Source: Malacoraja senta (Eukaryota). From it: a stretch of DNA of 64,000 nt. Below the pieces are notes generated by a model. The model did not search any database. It had not been told where the DNA came from and saw only the letters and a program-made list of their open reading frames with translations. Within the stretch, counting starts at the first letter, position 1; each line of letters begins with the position of its first letter. The stretch covers positions 8,372,001-8,436,000 of the forward strand of contig CM075996.1 of the NCBI GenBank assembly GCA_038087875.1. Direction: 5' to 3'. A program made the translations under genes and the position numbers. Shown here in pieces: positions 10,287 through 24,500 of this stretch.

Positions 10287-13200
10287 TGCAAGGGACACAC
10301 AGACAACATCCAAAGTCGGAATCGAACATGGGTGTTTGGCGCCGTAAGGCAGCTGCTCTACCAACTGTGCCAGTCTGCTACCCTAGTTCAGAGATGTTGC
10401 ATGGAAACAGGCCCTTCGGCACACTGAGTCCACGCTGTTCTTCGATCACCCGTTCACACTCGTTCTATCTTATCCTGCATTCTGGGACCAGAGATACCTG
10501 CAGTGTCACCCCCAAGCAGTTATCTCCAGGGACATAGAACATAGATCAGTGCAGCACTGGAACAGGCCCTTCGGCCCACCATGTCTGTGCTGAACAAGAT
10601 GCCAAGTTAAATTAATTTCCTTTGAATGAATGAATGATTCCATAGTGGGAGAGTCTTGGACCAGAGGTCACAGACTCAGAATTAAAGGACGTTCCTTTAG
10701 GAAGGGGATGAGGAGGAATTTCTTTAGTCAGAGGGTGGTGGATCTGTGGAATTCTTTGCCACAGAAGGCTGTGGAGGCCGTCAATGGATATTTTTAATGC
10801 AGAGATAGATAAATTCTTGATTTGTATGGTGTCGGGGGTTATGGGGAGAAGACAGGAGAATGGGGTTATGGGGGAGAGATAGATCAGCCATGGTTGAATG
10901 GCGGAGTGGACTTGAGTAGATTGAATGGCAGAGTAGAATGGCCTAATTCTGTTCCGATCACTTTGGAACTTTTGAATGAATAAATGAATGATATTTTATC
11001 ATCACATGTGACTGGTCACAGTGATATTCTTCGTTGCATGCAAATGATCCATATTCCTCCATTCTCTGCAGAGCTCCATTGTAACTGGAAGCACAAAGAA
11101 ACAGGGAAGTAATGTTGAACCTGTGTAACACACAGGAGAGGTGACAATTGGAGTGGCGCATCCATTTGTGGTCACCACACCTCAGGAAGGTCATGAAGGA
11201 TCAAGGGAGGGTGCAGTAATACCTACTGGATTGGTTCAAGGAATGAGGGGCTCAGATGTATGCCGAGACTGGAGAAACTGAGGTTATTATGTAGGGAGCA
11301 AAGGAGCTTGAGCGGAGGAAGGATAAATAGAGGAAAGCTTTGACAAATGGGTTTGTAGGTCAATTGACCTCCAAAGTTGCCTGTAATCTGTAGGGAGTGG
11401 ATGAGAATGCGGGATAACATGGAACTCATGTGAATGGGCGATCTATGGTCAGCATGGACTCAAAGCCTGTTTTAGTTTCGTTAAGAGATGCAGACCTTTG
11501 GCCCACCGAGCCGCGTTGACCAACGATCATCCGTACACTATTCGATCCCGCACACTAGGGGCAATTTGCAGAAGCCAATTAACCTACAAACCTGCAGGTC
11601 TGAGGGGTGTGGGAGAAAACCCACACGGTCACAGGGAGAATGTACTAACTCCGTACAGACAGCACCCAAAGTCAGGATTGAACCCAGGTCTCTGATGCTG
11701 TAAGGCAGCAACTCTACCACTGCGCCACTGTGCCACCCACAGCTTCCTCTGCTGTATCTCTAAACTAAACTTTACCTCATCGAGTCAAGGACTAGGGGTG
11801 GAAAGTGGAAAGTTTTGTTCAAAATGCGCTGAGAAAATAAGAGGGAAATCCTTTTCTAAAGTTAGAAAGTTGATACAGTCTGCAGTTGCCTGCCTTCACC
11901 AACTGGGGCTTTCAAAAAGCAATTTAGCTTTAGATTAGACAATAGACAATAGGTGCAGGAGTAGGCCATTCGGCCCTTCGAGTCAGCAACGCCATTCAAT
12001 GTGATCATGGCTGTTCATCCCCAATCCTGCCTTCTCCCCATATTAGTTTGGAGATAATGCATAGAAACAGGCCCTTCGGACTACTGAGTCCGCAGCGACC
12101 AGCGATCCCCGCACATTAACACTACCCTACACACACTAGAGGCAATTTTAAATTTATACCAAGCCAATTAACCTACACACCTGCACGTCTTTGGGATGCG
12201 AGAGGAAACCGGAGCACCCGGAGGAAACCCACAGGGTCACGGGGAGAACATACAAACTCCGTACAAACCCGTACGTCTTTGGAGTGTGGGAGGAAACTGA
12301 GGATCTCAGAGAAAACCCACGCAGCTCACGGGGAGAGCGTACTAACTCCATACAGACAGTATCCATAGTCAGGATCAATCCCGGGTCTCTGGCGCTGTGA
12401 GGCAACAGCTCTACCGCTGCGTCACTGTGCCGCCCTAATTGAATTGGCATTTAAAGGCAGATAATTAGCAGGGCTCTGGGGCAGAAGCAGGTGCCAGAAC
12501 TGATGAGATTGCTCAAGTAGAATATTGACAAGCCTCAATGGGTTGAGTGGTTGCTGTCAGTTATGTAACAGTCCCGACATCCCAACAAAATCTTCGAACC
12601 TTCACAAACCATTCGTATCGCTAAGTGTTTTGCTTTGATGCACAAGTTGTTGATGAGCATTTATTGGTATGCAAGCCATCGCTCCATCTTGTCATCTTCT
12701 GCATTTAGAATGTCATTCTTTCTGATAAGTACTTCAAAATAAAATCAATTTTAATTAAAAGTAATGTGTAGGAAGGAGCTACAGATGCTGGTTTATACCG
12801 AAGATAGACACAAAAAGCTGGAGTAACTCAGCGGCTCAGGCAACATCTCGGGAGAAAAGGAATAGGTGATGTTTCCAGTTGGAACCCTTCTTCAGTGAGC
12901 GGCACGGTGGCGCAGCGGTAGAGTTGCTGCCTTGCACGCCAGAGACCCGGGTTCGATCCTGACTATGGGTGCTGTCTCTACAGAGTTTATACGTTCTTCC
13001 CGTGACCTGCGTGGGTTATCTCCGGGTGCTCCAGTTTCCTCCCACACTCCAAAGATGTGCAGATTTGTGAGTTAATTGGCTTCGGTAAATTGCCCCAAGT
13101 GTGTGTAGGTTAGTGTTAGTGTGTGTGGATCACTGGTCAACGCAGACTCGATGGGCCAAATGGCCTGTTTCCATGCTGTATCTCAGAACCAAACTAAACT

Positions 13201-14739
13201 TCTCACCAATAAGTGACATTTCGAGTCGGAACCCTTCTTCAGACTCCAGTCTGAACATGGGTTCTGACCCGAAATGTCACCGATTCCTTTTCTCCAGAGA
13301 TGCTGCCGAGATGCTCCTGACCCGCTCAGCGATTCCAGCTTTTATGTCTATCTTTATTAAAAGTAAAATGGGACTTCAACTTCAATCTTAAAATCACCTG
13401 CCTATTCCAGTCCTAATTTCACCCTGTAAAATACTTACATTTTACTTGTTAAAAAATTGTAAAAGTCTATTTCTTATTTTTGTCACCTTTCAAAATTCTT
13501 TTAACCTCCGTGGTTGCTCAGTAGACTCTAGGGTTGGAAATAATTCTCTTTGGAACTAACATCTGATAGTAAATGGTGTCAAAAATTGGGAAATTGACAC
13601 CACAGAGACTGTAGGTTTTTAAGACAAAGGAGGAGAGGGAGGGGAAGAGAGATTCAGGGTGGGAATTCCAGAGCCGGGAATGAGCACAGCTGCTAATGGG
13701 GTAGCAACTAAAACTGGGAATAGACACAAATTGCTGGAGTAACTCAGCAGGTCAGGCAGCATCTCTGGAGGATGGATATGCGACCTTTCAGAAGAAGAAG
13801 TGTCGTGTCTGGTGCGGTACTCCACCATTTTGTGCAGTAAGCAAGATTCCAGCATCTGCAGTTCCTTGTGTCTACATCAGGCAGCTTTGGAGATGGGTGC
13901 ATCACAGGCATGGTTGTAGTTTTCTTTAAGAGATACTGTGTGGAAACAGGCTCTTCGGCCCATCGAGCTCACACTGACCAGTGATCATATGTACTTTAAT
14001 TCTATATTATCCCACATGCATCCTACATCGGGGCAATTTACCTACAAACCTACACATCTTTGGAATTTTGGAGGAAACCAGAGCACCTGGAGAAAACCCA
14101 CGTGGTCACGGGAAGAATTCGATTAGTTTCGTTTAGAGAAACTAGGCCGAAACAGGCCCTTCGGCCCACCGAGTCCACGCCGAGCAGCGATCCCCGCATA
14201 CTAACACTATCCTGCGCACCAGGGACAATTTACAATTTTATCAAGCCAATTAACGTACGTCTTTGGAGTGTGGGAGAAAACTGGAGCTCCTGGAGAAAAT
14301 CCCCGCAGGTCACGGGAAGAACAGACAAACTCTGCACAGACAGCACCCTTAGACAGGATCGGACCCAGGTCTCTGGCGCTGTGAGGCAGCAGCTCTACTG
14401 CTGTGTCCCTGTAGGGTGTAGGCAGTGATAAAGATAAGATGGTGGAGAACAGGGGCTTCTCTGAAGGTTTAGTTAAATTAGTTTATTCTCAAATGCAATG
14501 GGGTGCATTGAAATTCCTTGCACGTATGAAGTTCATGGAGAACACGGTGTGCATTACAATGATCGATACAACAAAAGAAACAACAAATCCAGAACACCGT
14601 AATGATGTAAAGATGGTAATGCAATCTGGTAGTGAAAAATCAAATACTAAGTAGAGGTAGAGTTAAAAGTATGAGTAAATGTCAGCACCTCTGAGAAAGG
14701 GATGTGAAAGAGGCGATTGCTTCAAGAGTGTGATAGCAG

Positions 14740-15097
14740 TGTTTGGATTAAGGGTTTGGACACGCTAGAGGCAGGAAACATGTTCCTGATGTTGGGGGAG
14801 TCCAGAACCAGGGGCCACAGTTTAAGAATAAGGGGTAAGCCATTTAGAACGGAGATGAGGAAAAACTCTCTCTCAAAAGAGTGGTGAGTCTGTGGAATTC
14901 TCTGCCTCAGAGGGCGGTGGAGGCCGGTTCTCTGGATATTTTCAAGGGAGAGCTCTCTTAAAGATAGCGGAGTCAGGGGATATGGGGAGAAGGCAGGAAT
15001 GGGGTACTGATTGGGGATGATCAGCCATGATCACATTGAATGGCGGTGCTGGCTCGAAGGGCCGAATGGCCTACTCCTGCACCTATTGTCTATTGTC
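14740..15097 (+). mobile_element. CR1 3' fragment
   Basis: GESRTRGHSLRIRG...LWNSLPQRAVEA coding remnant, 3' UTR and (ctattgt)n tail. Confidence 0.85.
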
Positions 15098-15119
15098 AGT
15101 GGGAGAGAAGCTGTTATAG

Positions 15120-15990
15120 AGTCAGGGCGATACAGCGTGGAAACAAGCTCTTTGACCCAACTTGCCCACACTGACCAATGTGTCCCATCTACACTAGTCC
15201 CACCTGCCTGCGTTTGGCCCCTATCCCTCAAAATTTTTCCTAATCCATGTACCTGTCTAAATGTTTCTTAAACGTTGCAATAGTACCTGCCTCAACTACC
15301 TCTTCCGTCAGCTTGCATCATACACCAACCACCGTTTATGTAAAAAAGTTACCCCTCAGGTTCCTATTAAATCTTTCCCACCTCACCTTAAATCTATGTC
15401 CTCTAGTTATCGATCTCCCTAATCTGGTTCAGAGACCCTGTGCGTTTACCCAATCTATTCCTCCCATGATTTTCTATACCTCTATAAGATCACCCTCATC
15501 CTTATGTGCTCCGAGGAATAAAATCCTAGCCTGCCCAAAATCTCCCTAAAACTCAGGCCTTCAAGTCCTGGCAACATTCTCATCTATAATCTTTGCACAT
15601 CTTTCTTACAGCAGGTAATCAAATCAGCATGCAGTACTCCAAGCCTCGGCTCATCAATGTTTTCAACAACTGCAAATTAACATCCCAATTCCTACATTCA
15701 ATACCTTGACTGATAAAGTCCAGCATGTCAAATGCCTCTGCGCCACCCTGTTTACTCGTGACACCATTTCTAGGGGACAATATACACTTGTACTCCTCTC
15801 TCCCTCTGTTCTACATCACCATACATTTCACTATGAAACTACTAGCTAGGTTTGGCTTCCCAAAATGCAACCTTTCACACTTATTTAAATTGAACGCCAT
15901 TTGTCATTTCACAGCCCACTTGCTCTGCTGATCAAGATCCCGCTGTAATTCCTCACAGCCTTCGTCACTGCCAGCCATTGCTCCTATTTT
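15120..15990 (-). mobile_element. CR1 3' fragments (younger and older layers)
   Basis: Reverse-complement RT C-terminal motifs (RTRGHRFKVR, VVGV.xKL, LEYCML). Confidence 0.7.
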
Positions 15991-18900
15991 CTGTGCTTTC
16001 TGTTTGGGAATCTGAGAGGCTTGGCTCAAAGTGCACTATCATTCATGTATTTTGTTTTGGAAATGTTACACCGCAACTATTACATTCAAATGTCACAAGT
16101 GTCAAAGGCATTTTGGAAAAACAGGAGATCAATGTCTGAGAGATTGCACTCAGCCCAGCTTCCACCATCACCACGACAAATTCCAGTTGCTCTCTGACCT
16201 GAGTATGTATGTCAACCTGCTCCCTGATGCATGTAGTCATGCAACCCAGAATCAGGTCTTCAACCCTATTTGAATGAATGAATGAATAAGTTTAAGTAAG
16301 TAAGGAAGGAAGTTTAGTGGCCAAGTATTCACATACAAGGAATTTGCCTTGGTGCTCCGCCCACAAGTAACAACATGACATACAGTGACACTTAAGAATG
16401 ACTAAAAAAACACTAAACATTAATAATAATAAAACATCAATGATAAACCACCATTGATCAAGCATGTGAACCAACAAAATACCAGATCAAAGGGAGGCTA
16501 CAGATTTTTGGCTGTTGAGTAGAGCAACTACTCGTGGATAAAACTGTTTTTATGTCTGGCCAATTCTGAGGCAGCTCTTGACACAATCCGGAGTCGCCCT
16601 TCCAGAGGGAAGTGTTGTGGCCAGGGTGAGAGGGGTCAGAGATGATATTGGCCAAGTGTTCACATACAAGGAATTTGCCTTGGTGTCCATGCCGTCTAAG
16701 CTAGTCCCATTTGCCTGCGTTCGACCCACAACACTTTGCATGGTGGCACAGCGGTAGAGTTGCTGCCTCACAGCGCCAGAGACCCAGGTTCAAATCCTGA
16801 CCACAGGTGCTGTTTGTATTGAGTTTGTACGTTCTCCCTGTGACCACGTGAGTTTTTTTCCGGGAGCTCCAGTTTCATCCCACACAAGACGTACAAATTT
16901 GTAGGTTAATTGGCTTGGTAAAATTGAATATTGTCCCTGGTGTGTGTGGGATAGTATTAGTGTGCGGGCATCACTGGTCGGCATGGATGCGGTGGGCCGA
17001 AGGGCCTGTTTCCACGCTGTATCTCTAAACTAAACTAAACACTTTAAACCTAGAATGATTCCGGAATGAGTGGGTTAGCATATGATGAACATTTGACGGC
17101 ACTGAGCCTGTACTCACTGGAGTTTAAAAGGATGAGGGGGAACCTCATTGAAACTTACCGAATAGTGAAAGACCTGGATAGAGAGTGGATATGGAGAGGA
17201 TATTCCCACTGGTGGGAGAGTCTTAGCCTCAGAATAAAAGGACGTACCTTTAGAATAGAGATGAGAAGGATGAAAATTTAGTCTGCAGGAGAGGAATGGG
17301 CATAGAGACCAGGGAAGAGATAAGACTTTGCCTTCCATCACAGTGAGGAGGTGTTTGGAGATTCACTGTGATGGATGTTTTGTGTGGAACTGTGTTAATT
17401 GTGTGTTTTGGTTTTTTTTGTTTGATGATGACTGCAGAAATGCAATTTTGTTTGAACTTATGTTCAAATGACAATAAACGATTCTGATTCTGAAGGGGAA
17501 AAGATTTAATAGGAATCCGAGGGGTAACTTTTTCACACAGAGGGTGGTGGGTGTATGGAACAAGCTGCCAGAGGAGGTAGTTGAGGCTAGGTCTTCCCAT
17601 TGTTTAAGAAACAGTTGGACAGGTACATGGATAGGACAGGTATGGAGGGTTATGCACCAAGCGCAGGCAGGTGGGAATAATGTAGCTGGGACACCGGTGT
17701 GGGACAACTAGTGTTGTTGACAGACCAGGCACCAGTGGGCTGCAGCCTGGCAGGAGGCAGAAGGGAAAGGTCTGGGGCTTCCTGCAGCAGTGGAATACAG
17801 TAAGAGTGGGTCACCTGCATAGTATTTCTGTAAAGCCTCAGAGGACAGCCACACTTGGGATTGCTGGACCCTGAGGCTTTGTAAGGCCAAGACACAAAAT
17901 GCTGGAGTAACTCAGCAGGTCAGGCAGCATCCCTGGAGAAAATGGATAGGTGACGTTTCAGGTTGGAAACAAAACCAGGGATGCTGCCTGACCTGCTAAG
18001 TTTAGTTTAGTTTAGGAATACAGCGTGGACTCCTTACACTAGCACTATCCTACACACCAGGGACAATTTACAGAAGCCAATTAAACCTACAAATCTGCAC
18101 GTCTTTGGAATGCCTTTGGAAACTGGAGTGCCCGGACAGTCACAGGGAGAACGTGCAAACTCTGTACAAACAGCAGGCATAGTCAGGATGGAACCCGGGT
18201 CTCTGACGCTGTAAGGCACCAATTCTATCGCTCCGCCGCCCTAAGTTACTCCAGCATTTTGTGTATTTCCTCCATCAGGCCAACCTGGCCAAATGCAGGA
18301 GATGACTAGGATAGAGTAGTGCATCGTGAGGAGTCCGTCACAGGAGGTCGTGTGAAGCCAAGAGGCTGTGATCCCTCTGGGAGACACGGACACCTTGGTG
18401 CCTCAGTTTCACCCTCGTTCAGCTGCAGGTCTCGTATCTGCCGTAAGGGAACCACTGCAAGCTCATCAGGAGCAAATGAGATCCCACAGAGCATGTATGC
18501 TCGTCACGAGAATGAATCATAACTTCAATGAAGGAGGGCTTGACGATGAGAGGCATGGGAAAATGTTGCCATTATTAGAATGTTGCAGCAATAGAACTTG
18601 TTCGTCACTAAAATTAAGACCATCTGTCTCTCCACCTCTGCCAATTCTTTCCTTTCTCATAGTTCTCATAGCCAAATGGGAGCCAATGTGAAGTTTGTCC
18701 TGCCCTTTCCCTGAACTCTGGTTTTGGCCCTTGGTGCAGCAAGAAGCCTATCCCGTGTGACCTCATCAAAGACGTTCAACCTCAAATGGCAGTCAGTGGA
18801 TCTGGGCCAGGGGAGGTCTCACGGGTCGTTAAACTCACTCTATGAGGAGGGCCGCAGGGGCAGCCATTGTACAGCTCAATGCTTGGACTGGACTGGACTG

Positions 18901-19069
18901 ATGTACTGGGACGCCGCCTCCGTCAGGAAGACTGCGCTGGGACTATGCTGGAAGGAAAAGCGACGTTCAAGAACAGCCCACTGTCAGTCTTGCACCAGCA
19001 GAAGACCTATCTCTTGTTTTGTTTTTTCAGAATGTTAATACTTAGAGAAAGGGATAGCATAAGGAAAGG

Positions 19070-19660
19070 TCATTCTGCAGTTGTATAGGGCCCTAGTGAG
19101 ACCACACCTGGAGTATTGTGTGCAGTTTTGGTCCCCTAATTTGAGGAAGGACATTCTTGCTATTGAGGGAGTGCAGCGTAGGTTTACAAGGTTAATTCCC
19201 GGGATGGCGGGACTGTCATATGCTGAGAGAATAGAGCGGCTGGCTTGTATACTATGGAGTTTAGAAGGATGAGGGGGATCTTATTGAAATGTAAGATTAT
19301 AAAGGGTTTGGACATGCTAGAGGCAGGAAACATGTTCCCGAATGTTGGGGGAGTCCAGAACCAGGGGCCACAGTTTAAGAATAAGGGGTAAGCCATTTAG
19401 AACGGAGACGAGGAAACACTTTTCTCACAGAGAGTTGTGAGTCTGTGGAATTCTCTGCCTCAGAGGGCGGTGGAGGCCGGTTCTCTGGATACGTTCAAGA
19501 GAGAGCTAGATAGGGCTCTTAAAGATAGCGGAGTCAGGGGATATGGGGAGAAGGCAGGAACGGGGCACTGATTGGGGATGATCAGCCATGACCATATTGA
19601 ATGGCGGTGCTGGCTCGAAGTGTCGAATGGCCTACTCCTGCACCTATTGCCTATTGTCAT
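19070..19660 (+). mobile_element. CR1 3' fragment
   Basis: LYRALVRPHLEYCVQFWSPNLRKDILAIEGVQRRFTRLIPG through to the 3' UTR tail. Confidence 0.9.
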
Positions 19661-21226
19661 AACTTATGGATGAATTTTAGTTGTGGCTCAGTAAGTGAAT
19701 GGAGCTTTCAGAATGACAAGGGGATAGATAGGGTGAATGCACAGAGCCTTTTACCCAGAGTAGGGGAATCGAGAACCAGAGGACATAGATTTAAGGTGAG
19801 AGGACAAGATGCAAAATGAACCTGAAGAGCAACTTTTCCCCACTCAGAGAGTGGTGGGTATATGGAACGAGCTGCCAGAGGAGGTAGTTGAGGCAGGTAT
19901 TGTAACAGCATTTACAAGACACTTGGACGATACATGGATAGAAAAGGTTTCAAGGGATATGGGCAAGTTCGAGTAGCTTAGACGGGGCAATCTTGTTCAG
20001 ATGGGACAAAGGGGTTGGTTCTGTAATGCATGACTCTATGATTCCTATTGATGTCTGTGGTGTGACTGATGAAGTGCCAAACAGTACATTTGTTGGTACT
20101 TTGGATATGAAAGAGAACGGGGAGACTGAAAGCGGTGAGCGTTCTTCTCTGTAGACACAAGAGACTGCAGACACTGGAATCTTGAACGATACACAAAGCA
20201 CTAGAGGAACTCAGAGGGTCAGGCAGCATTGTGGGCGGAAACGGACAGACAATATTTCGGGCCAGGATGGAGAAGAGCGAGAAAGCTGGAAAAGACATGG
20301 GAAAGGGGAGGAGCAAAAACTGGCAAGTGATAGGTGGATATGTGAGGCGGGGCGAGCGTCAGATAGGTGAAGATAGTGGCAAAGGCTGGGACTGGTGGTG
20401 AAATGGAGACAAAATGGTACCAGATAAGGAAGGAGGAACAGAGAAATTAGAACAGTACAGCACAGGAACAGGCCCTTCGGCCCACCATGTCTCTGCTGCA
20501 CATCATGCCAAGATAGTCTATTCTCAACTGCCAACACATGATCCATGTCCCTCCATTTCCTGCATATCCATATGCTTATTTAAAAGCCTCAGAGTGACAA
20601 GGGGCTCGAAGGGCCAATGGCCTATACTCATGCACCTAATGTCTATTGAATTGATAGGGTGAATATAATATTTTCTCTGGATACACAAGAGATTGTAACC
20701 ACTGGGATATTGAACAATACACAAAGTGCTGGAGGAACTCAGAAGGTCAGGCAGCATGATTGTATCTACCACGACCGCAGGAGTGAAATGCAAAGCCGGC
20801 TGTTCTCTGCATCACCATTGGAATCACTGCTCTTTTTGCACACATTTAAAGACCCGCACTTTGAGTATGGCAGGCTTCATTTGGAAATGTTTAAATGCCA
20901 AGAGATTTAAAGCGCATTCACTGCCCACACTGGGATGATGATGGATACTATTCTTGAACAAGCGGTGGCATTTAGACTCAGGCCTCCGGAGGTGTTGCAC
21001 TCGATCACCTTGCTGGTTTTTTTTCTTGAATTGAAATTGGCCAGCATCCATAGTGGGAGAACTGATTTCTCTGGGATCAATAACATGGGTTATCAGTTAA
21101 CAGACAACTGAACCATCCCTATTACCAACTAGAGAGCTGTCCCGTTATCTTCAATCAGACTTTATCTTCTGTTAAACGTTATTTCCTTTATCTGTACACT
21201 GTAGACGGCATGATTGTAATCATGTA

Positions 21227-21556
21227 CAATCAACCCTTGCAATAACGGACCTCTATGTAGAGGATTTTATTGGGAGAGTGAGAGAGTGGGCTTCATGAAG
21301 GCAGTGTGAATATCGGGCCTGTCCCCGTCGCACTGCGTGTGGGGCCGGGGGCTCTGAGACTCCCCGGCCCATGAATCCTCCTGGTTTAACACCCCATCCT
21401 CCACCGACACGACGTTTCTTCTCTCCCAGCCTTGGGCTAAACTAGTTCTTATTTAGCCCCTTCACTCGATTATAATAGACAATCGGCAGTAACGGATAAG
21501 TGACACCTGTCCCCCTCCCCCCCTTCGCTTTTGTCCGTTATAGCGAGGGTTTACTG
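21227..21556. mobile_element. TcMar-Tigger-like MITE
   Basis: Imperfect TIRs caatcaacccttgcaataacgga / tccgttatagcgagggtttactg; TA at the left flank; splits a Rex1-type tail. Confidence 0.6.
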
Positions 21557-24500
21557 TGCAGTCTTTTCTCCGACTGGATAGCAGGCAACAAAACAACTTT
21601 AGTGACAATAACACAGTAAACTAAACTAAACTAGGTCATAGGACAGCAGAAGAGCAACATGACTGTCACACCACAGTTCCCCATGTGTTTTAGCAGACCA
21701 TGAATTCAAAGACCAACTGGTGAAAAGGATAACAGCAGCAAATACAAGATACAAGATACTTTTATTTGTCACATGTGCCAGATGGCACAGTGAAATGTGT
21801 GATACCATACAGCCATACAATCAAAAATAAGAACACAACACATGATAGAGTTCAACATAAAAACATCCCCACACAGCAGAATCAAATTTTCCCACTGTGA
21901 GGGAAGGCACCAAAGTCAGTCATCTTCTCTAATGTTCCCCACTGTTCACCCGTTCAACAAATTGAAATGAAAAAGAGAAATTTGAAGTGATTTATTTTGA
22001 AAGGAAAATTTTAAGGGCCATGTAAGTGGTGTGACGTCTTTTTAAGATGGATGCAGGTCCTTGGCTTTCTCAGAAGATGAGTGGAGTTCAAAACAAAAGG
22101 ATATTCTTCTGACTACTTAAAATCTTTGGTTAAACCTCCGCTGAAAGACGGTATGCAATTCTGGCCATCATGCTTTAGGATGGGAGTCATTGGTCTTAGC
22201 GAGGGTGTCGCAGAGATTTACTTTTACAGTGTGGGAAAACACGAGATGTATGGAGTTGCAGAAGAAGCTGGAAGTCCTTGCAGCAGCATTAAAGAGGATT
22301 GAGGGGAGATTTATTGGAGATGTTCAGAATTAGGACAGCTTTTGATAAGCAGGGAAAAATGGCTTTCACTGGCACACAAGAGGGTAATGAGAGAGTAAGC
22401 TTTGAATTAACGTACTTTAAAAAAAATGAGGAGAGAGAATTAGGAATCAGTGAGGTTCCGATGATCTGAAATACACCTGCCAATAATAATAGTAAGCCCA
22501 ATAATAATGTCCACTAGAAAAGACAAAACCTTGGGACTGTGCGGGTTGTGGGTTGATAGATTTCTTACTCCCCTGAAGGTCACTAATAAGTTATAGGAGC
22601 AGAATTATGCCATTTGGCCCATCAAGTCTACTCTGCCATTCAATCATGACTGATCCATCTTTCCCTCTCAACCGCACTCGCCCGTCTTCTCCCCATAACC
22701 CCTGACACCGTACTAATCAAGAATCTGTCAATCTCTGCCTTAAAATTATCCATTGACTTGGCCTTCATAGCCTTTTGTGGCAATTAATTCCACAGATTCA
22801 CCACCCTCTATCTCTTGTGAGCACCTTGCAACATCTGACTACGTTAAAGGCGTCACCTCGATGCATGTTCATGTTGTAGCTCGCAGCATGAGATTGAGAG
22901 CTGGGATATATACAGTGAGACTGGGAGCTGTGTTACAGGACAGGAGCAAGCCTCAAGTTTGTGTCACCATTCAAGTTGCCATTGTCTACTATGTATCTGG
23001 GGTACAGGCTGACTTGTAGCGTACCTCAGATCCCTCTCTTTGCCCCCAATACCTTTTGGTGAACAAAATTCCACCCCTCAGGTTTAAAGCCAAGTATTTC
23101 CAGAAGAGAGCATACCCAGCATGTTGAAGACTGCTAACTTTATTCCTTAAATTTTAAATTATGCCTTCTTCACCGCCTGTCCTGCGACATCAGTGAATCC
23201 TTCTCTTCCTCCACACTCTGCCATTTACTATCGCCACCTAGCCACCGTTTTGTCTACTTCACCAGGCTACTATCATCTTCCTGCAGATATTTGCCATCTG
23301 CTAATATTATTTACTTTCACCACAAAACATTTCATTGGACATTTTGATTATTTTCTCTATCTTTCCATGACATGGCAACCATCTTTGTACTTGGAATAGC
23401 CTAGGTTAGTTCAATCTCTGTTTCCGTCACCACCTTTGAGAAAGAACTCTGATCAATGTCCTTTTGAGTCAAAAGTACATATTGCTTCCTTTGTTTGAGG
23501 GATGTTCCCACCAAACTCAGCCCCTCAATCTCTAGCCATGGAAGGATCCTAGACAGTGGTCTTCCCCCACAGAGCCTTGGCGTTGGCTGCACCAAGCTTC
23601 AGTGCGTCCCTCAACACGTACCCCTGCAGTCTGGAATGGGGAGTTAGCAGAGGCCTGACCCATGAGCCTGCTTACAGGGTGTATCAGAGAGCATCTCCTG
23701 CCCTCCAAACCAGTCTCCACATCCGATCTGGACATCTAACTGCAATGGTGCGGATAAAAGGTTTGAGCAGTAGTGAGAGGTGGGTTTTAGACTGGTGTAT
23801 CATGGTGCTCCCCAGTGGCCAGGATCACTGCTTTGCTGAATACACACAAATGGCCCAGACTTGGGGTATGGGGCATATTTTACAAAACTCAGAGACGCAG
23901 CAATCTGAGAGGAGATATAGAGAAACTGTTGGAAAGGGCGATAGATAATGCTGAGACACATGATATTTGGTGAGAAGAAGCCATGTAAATTGTAGGACAC
24001 ACAATTGTGATAGGAGTACGAGAGACTGATATGGGTTTATGTGTAGAGTTCACTGAAAGTGGCAGGGTATGTTGAGAAATAGTGAACCAAAAAAACACAT
24101 GGATGATCTCGAGCTTTATAAGCAGAAGCATAAAGACACGATTATTTTTTATAAAGGGACATAATGTCCTGGATGGAGTAACTCAGCAGGTCAGGCGGCA
24201 TCTCTGGAGAACATGGGTAGGTGACGTTTCGGGTCGAGACCTTATTTAAGACAGAATGTTCACGACCCGAAACGTCACCTATCCATGATCTCCAGAGATG
24301 CTGCCTGACCCGCTGAGTTACTCCAGCATTTTGTGTTCTTTTGTGTATTAACCAGCCCAGCATCTGCAGTTATTTGGTTCCAATGTTTATAAAGTACTAG
24401 TTCAGCCACAATGGGGAGCAGAGTGTCCAGATCTGGTGTCATACTTTGAGAAAGATGTGAAGGCTTTGGAAAGAGTACCTTTACTGAACTGATTCTAGGG

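Noticed and set aside
18395..18475. Minus-strand CTGATGAG as a possible hammerhead
   Set aside because: No matching GAAA or supporting stems.
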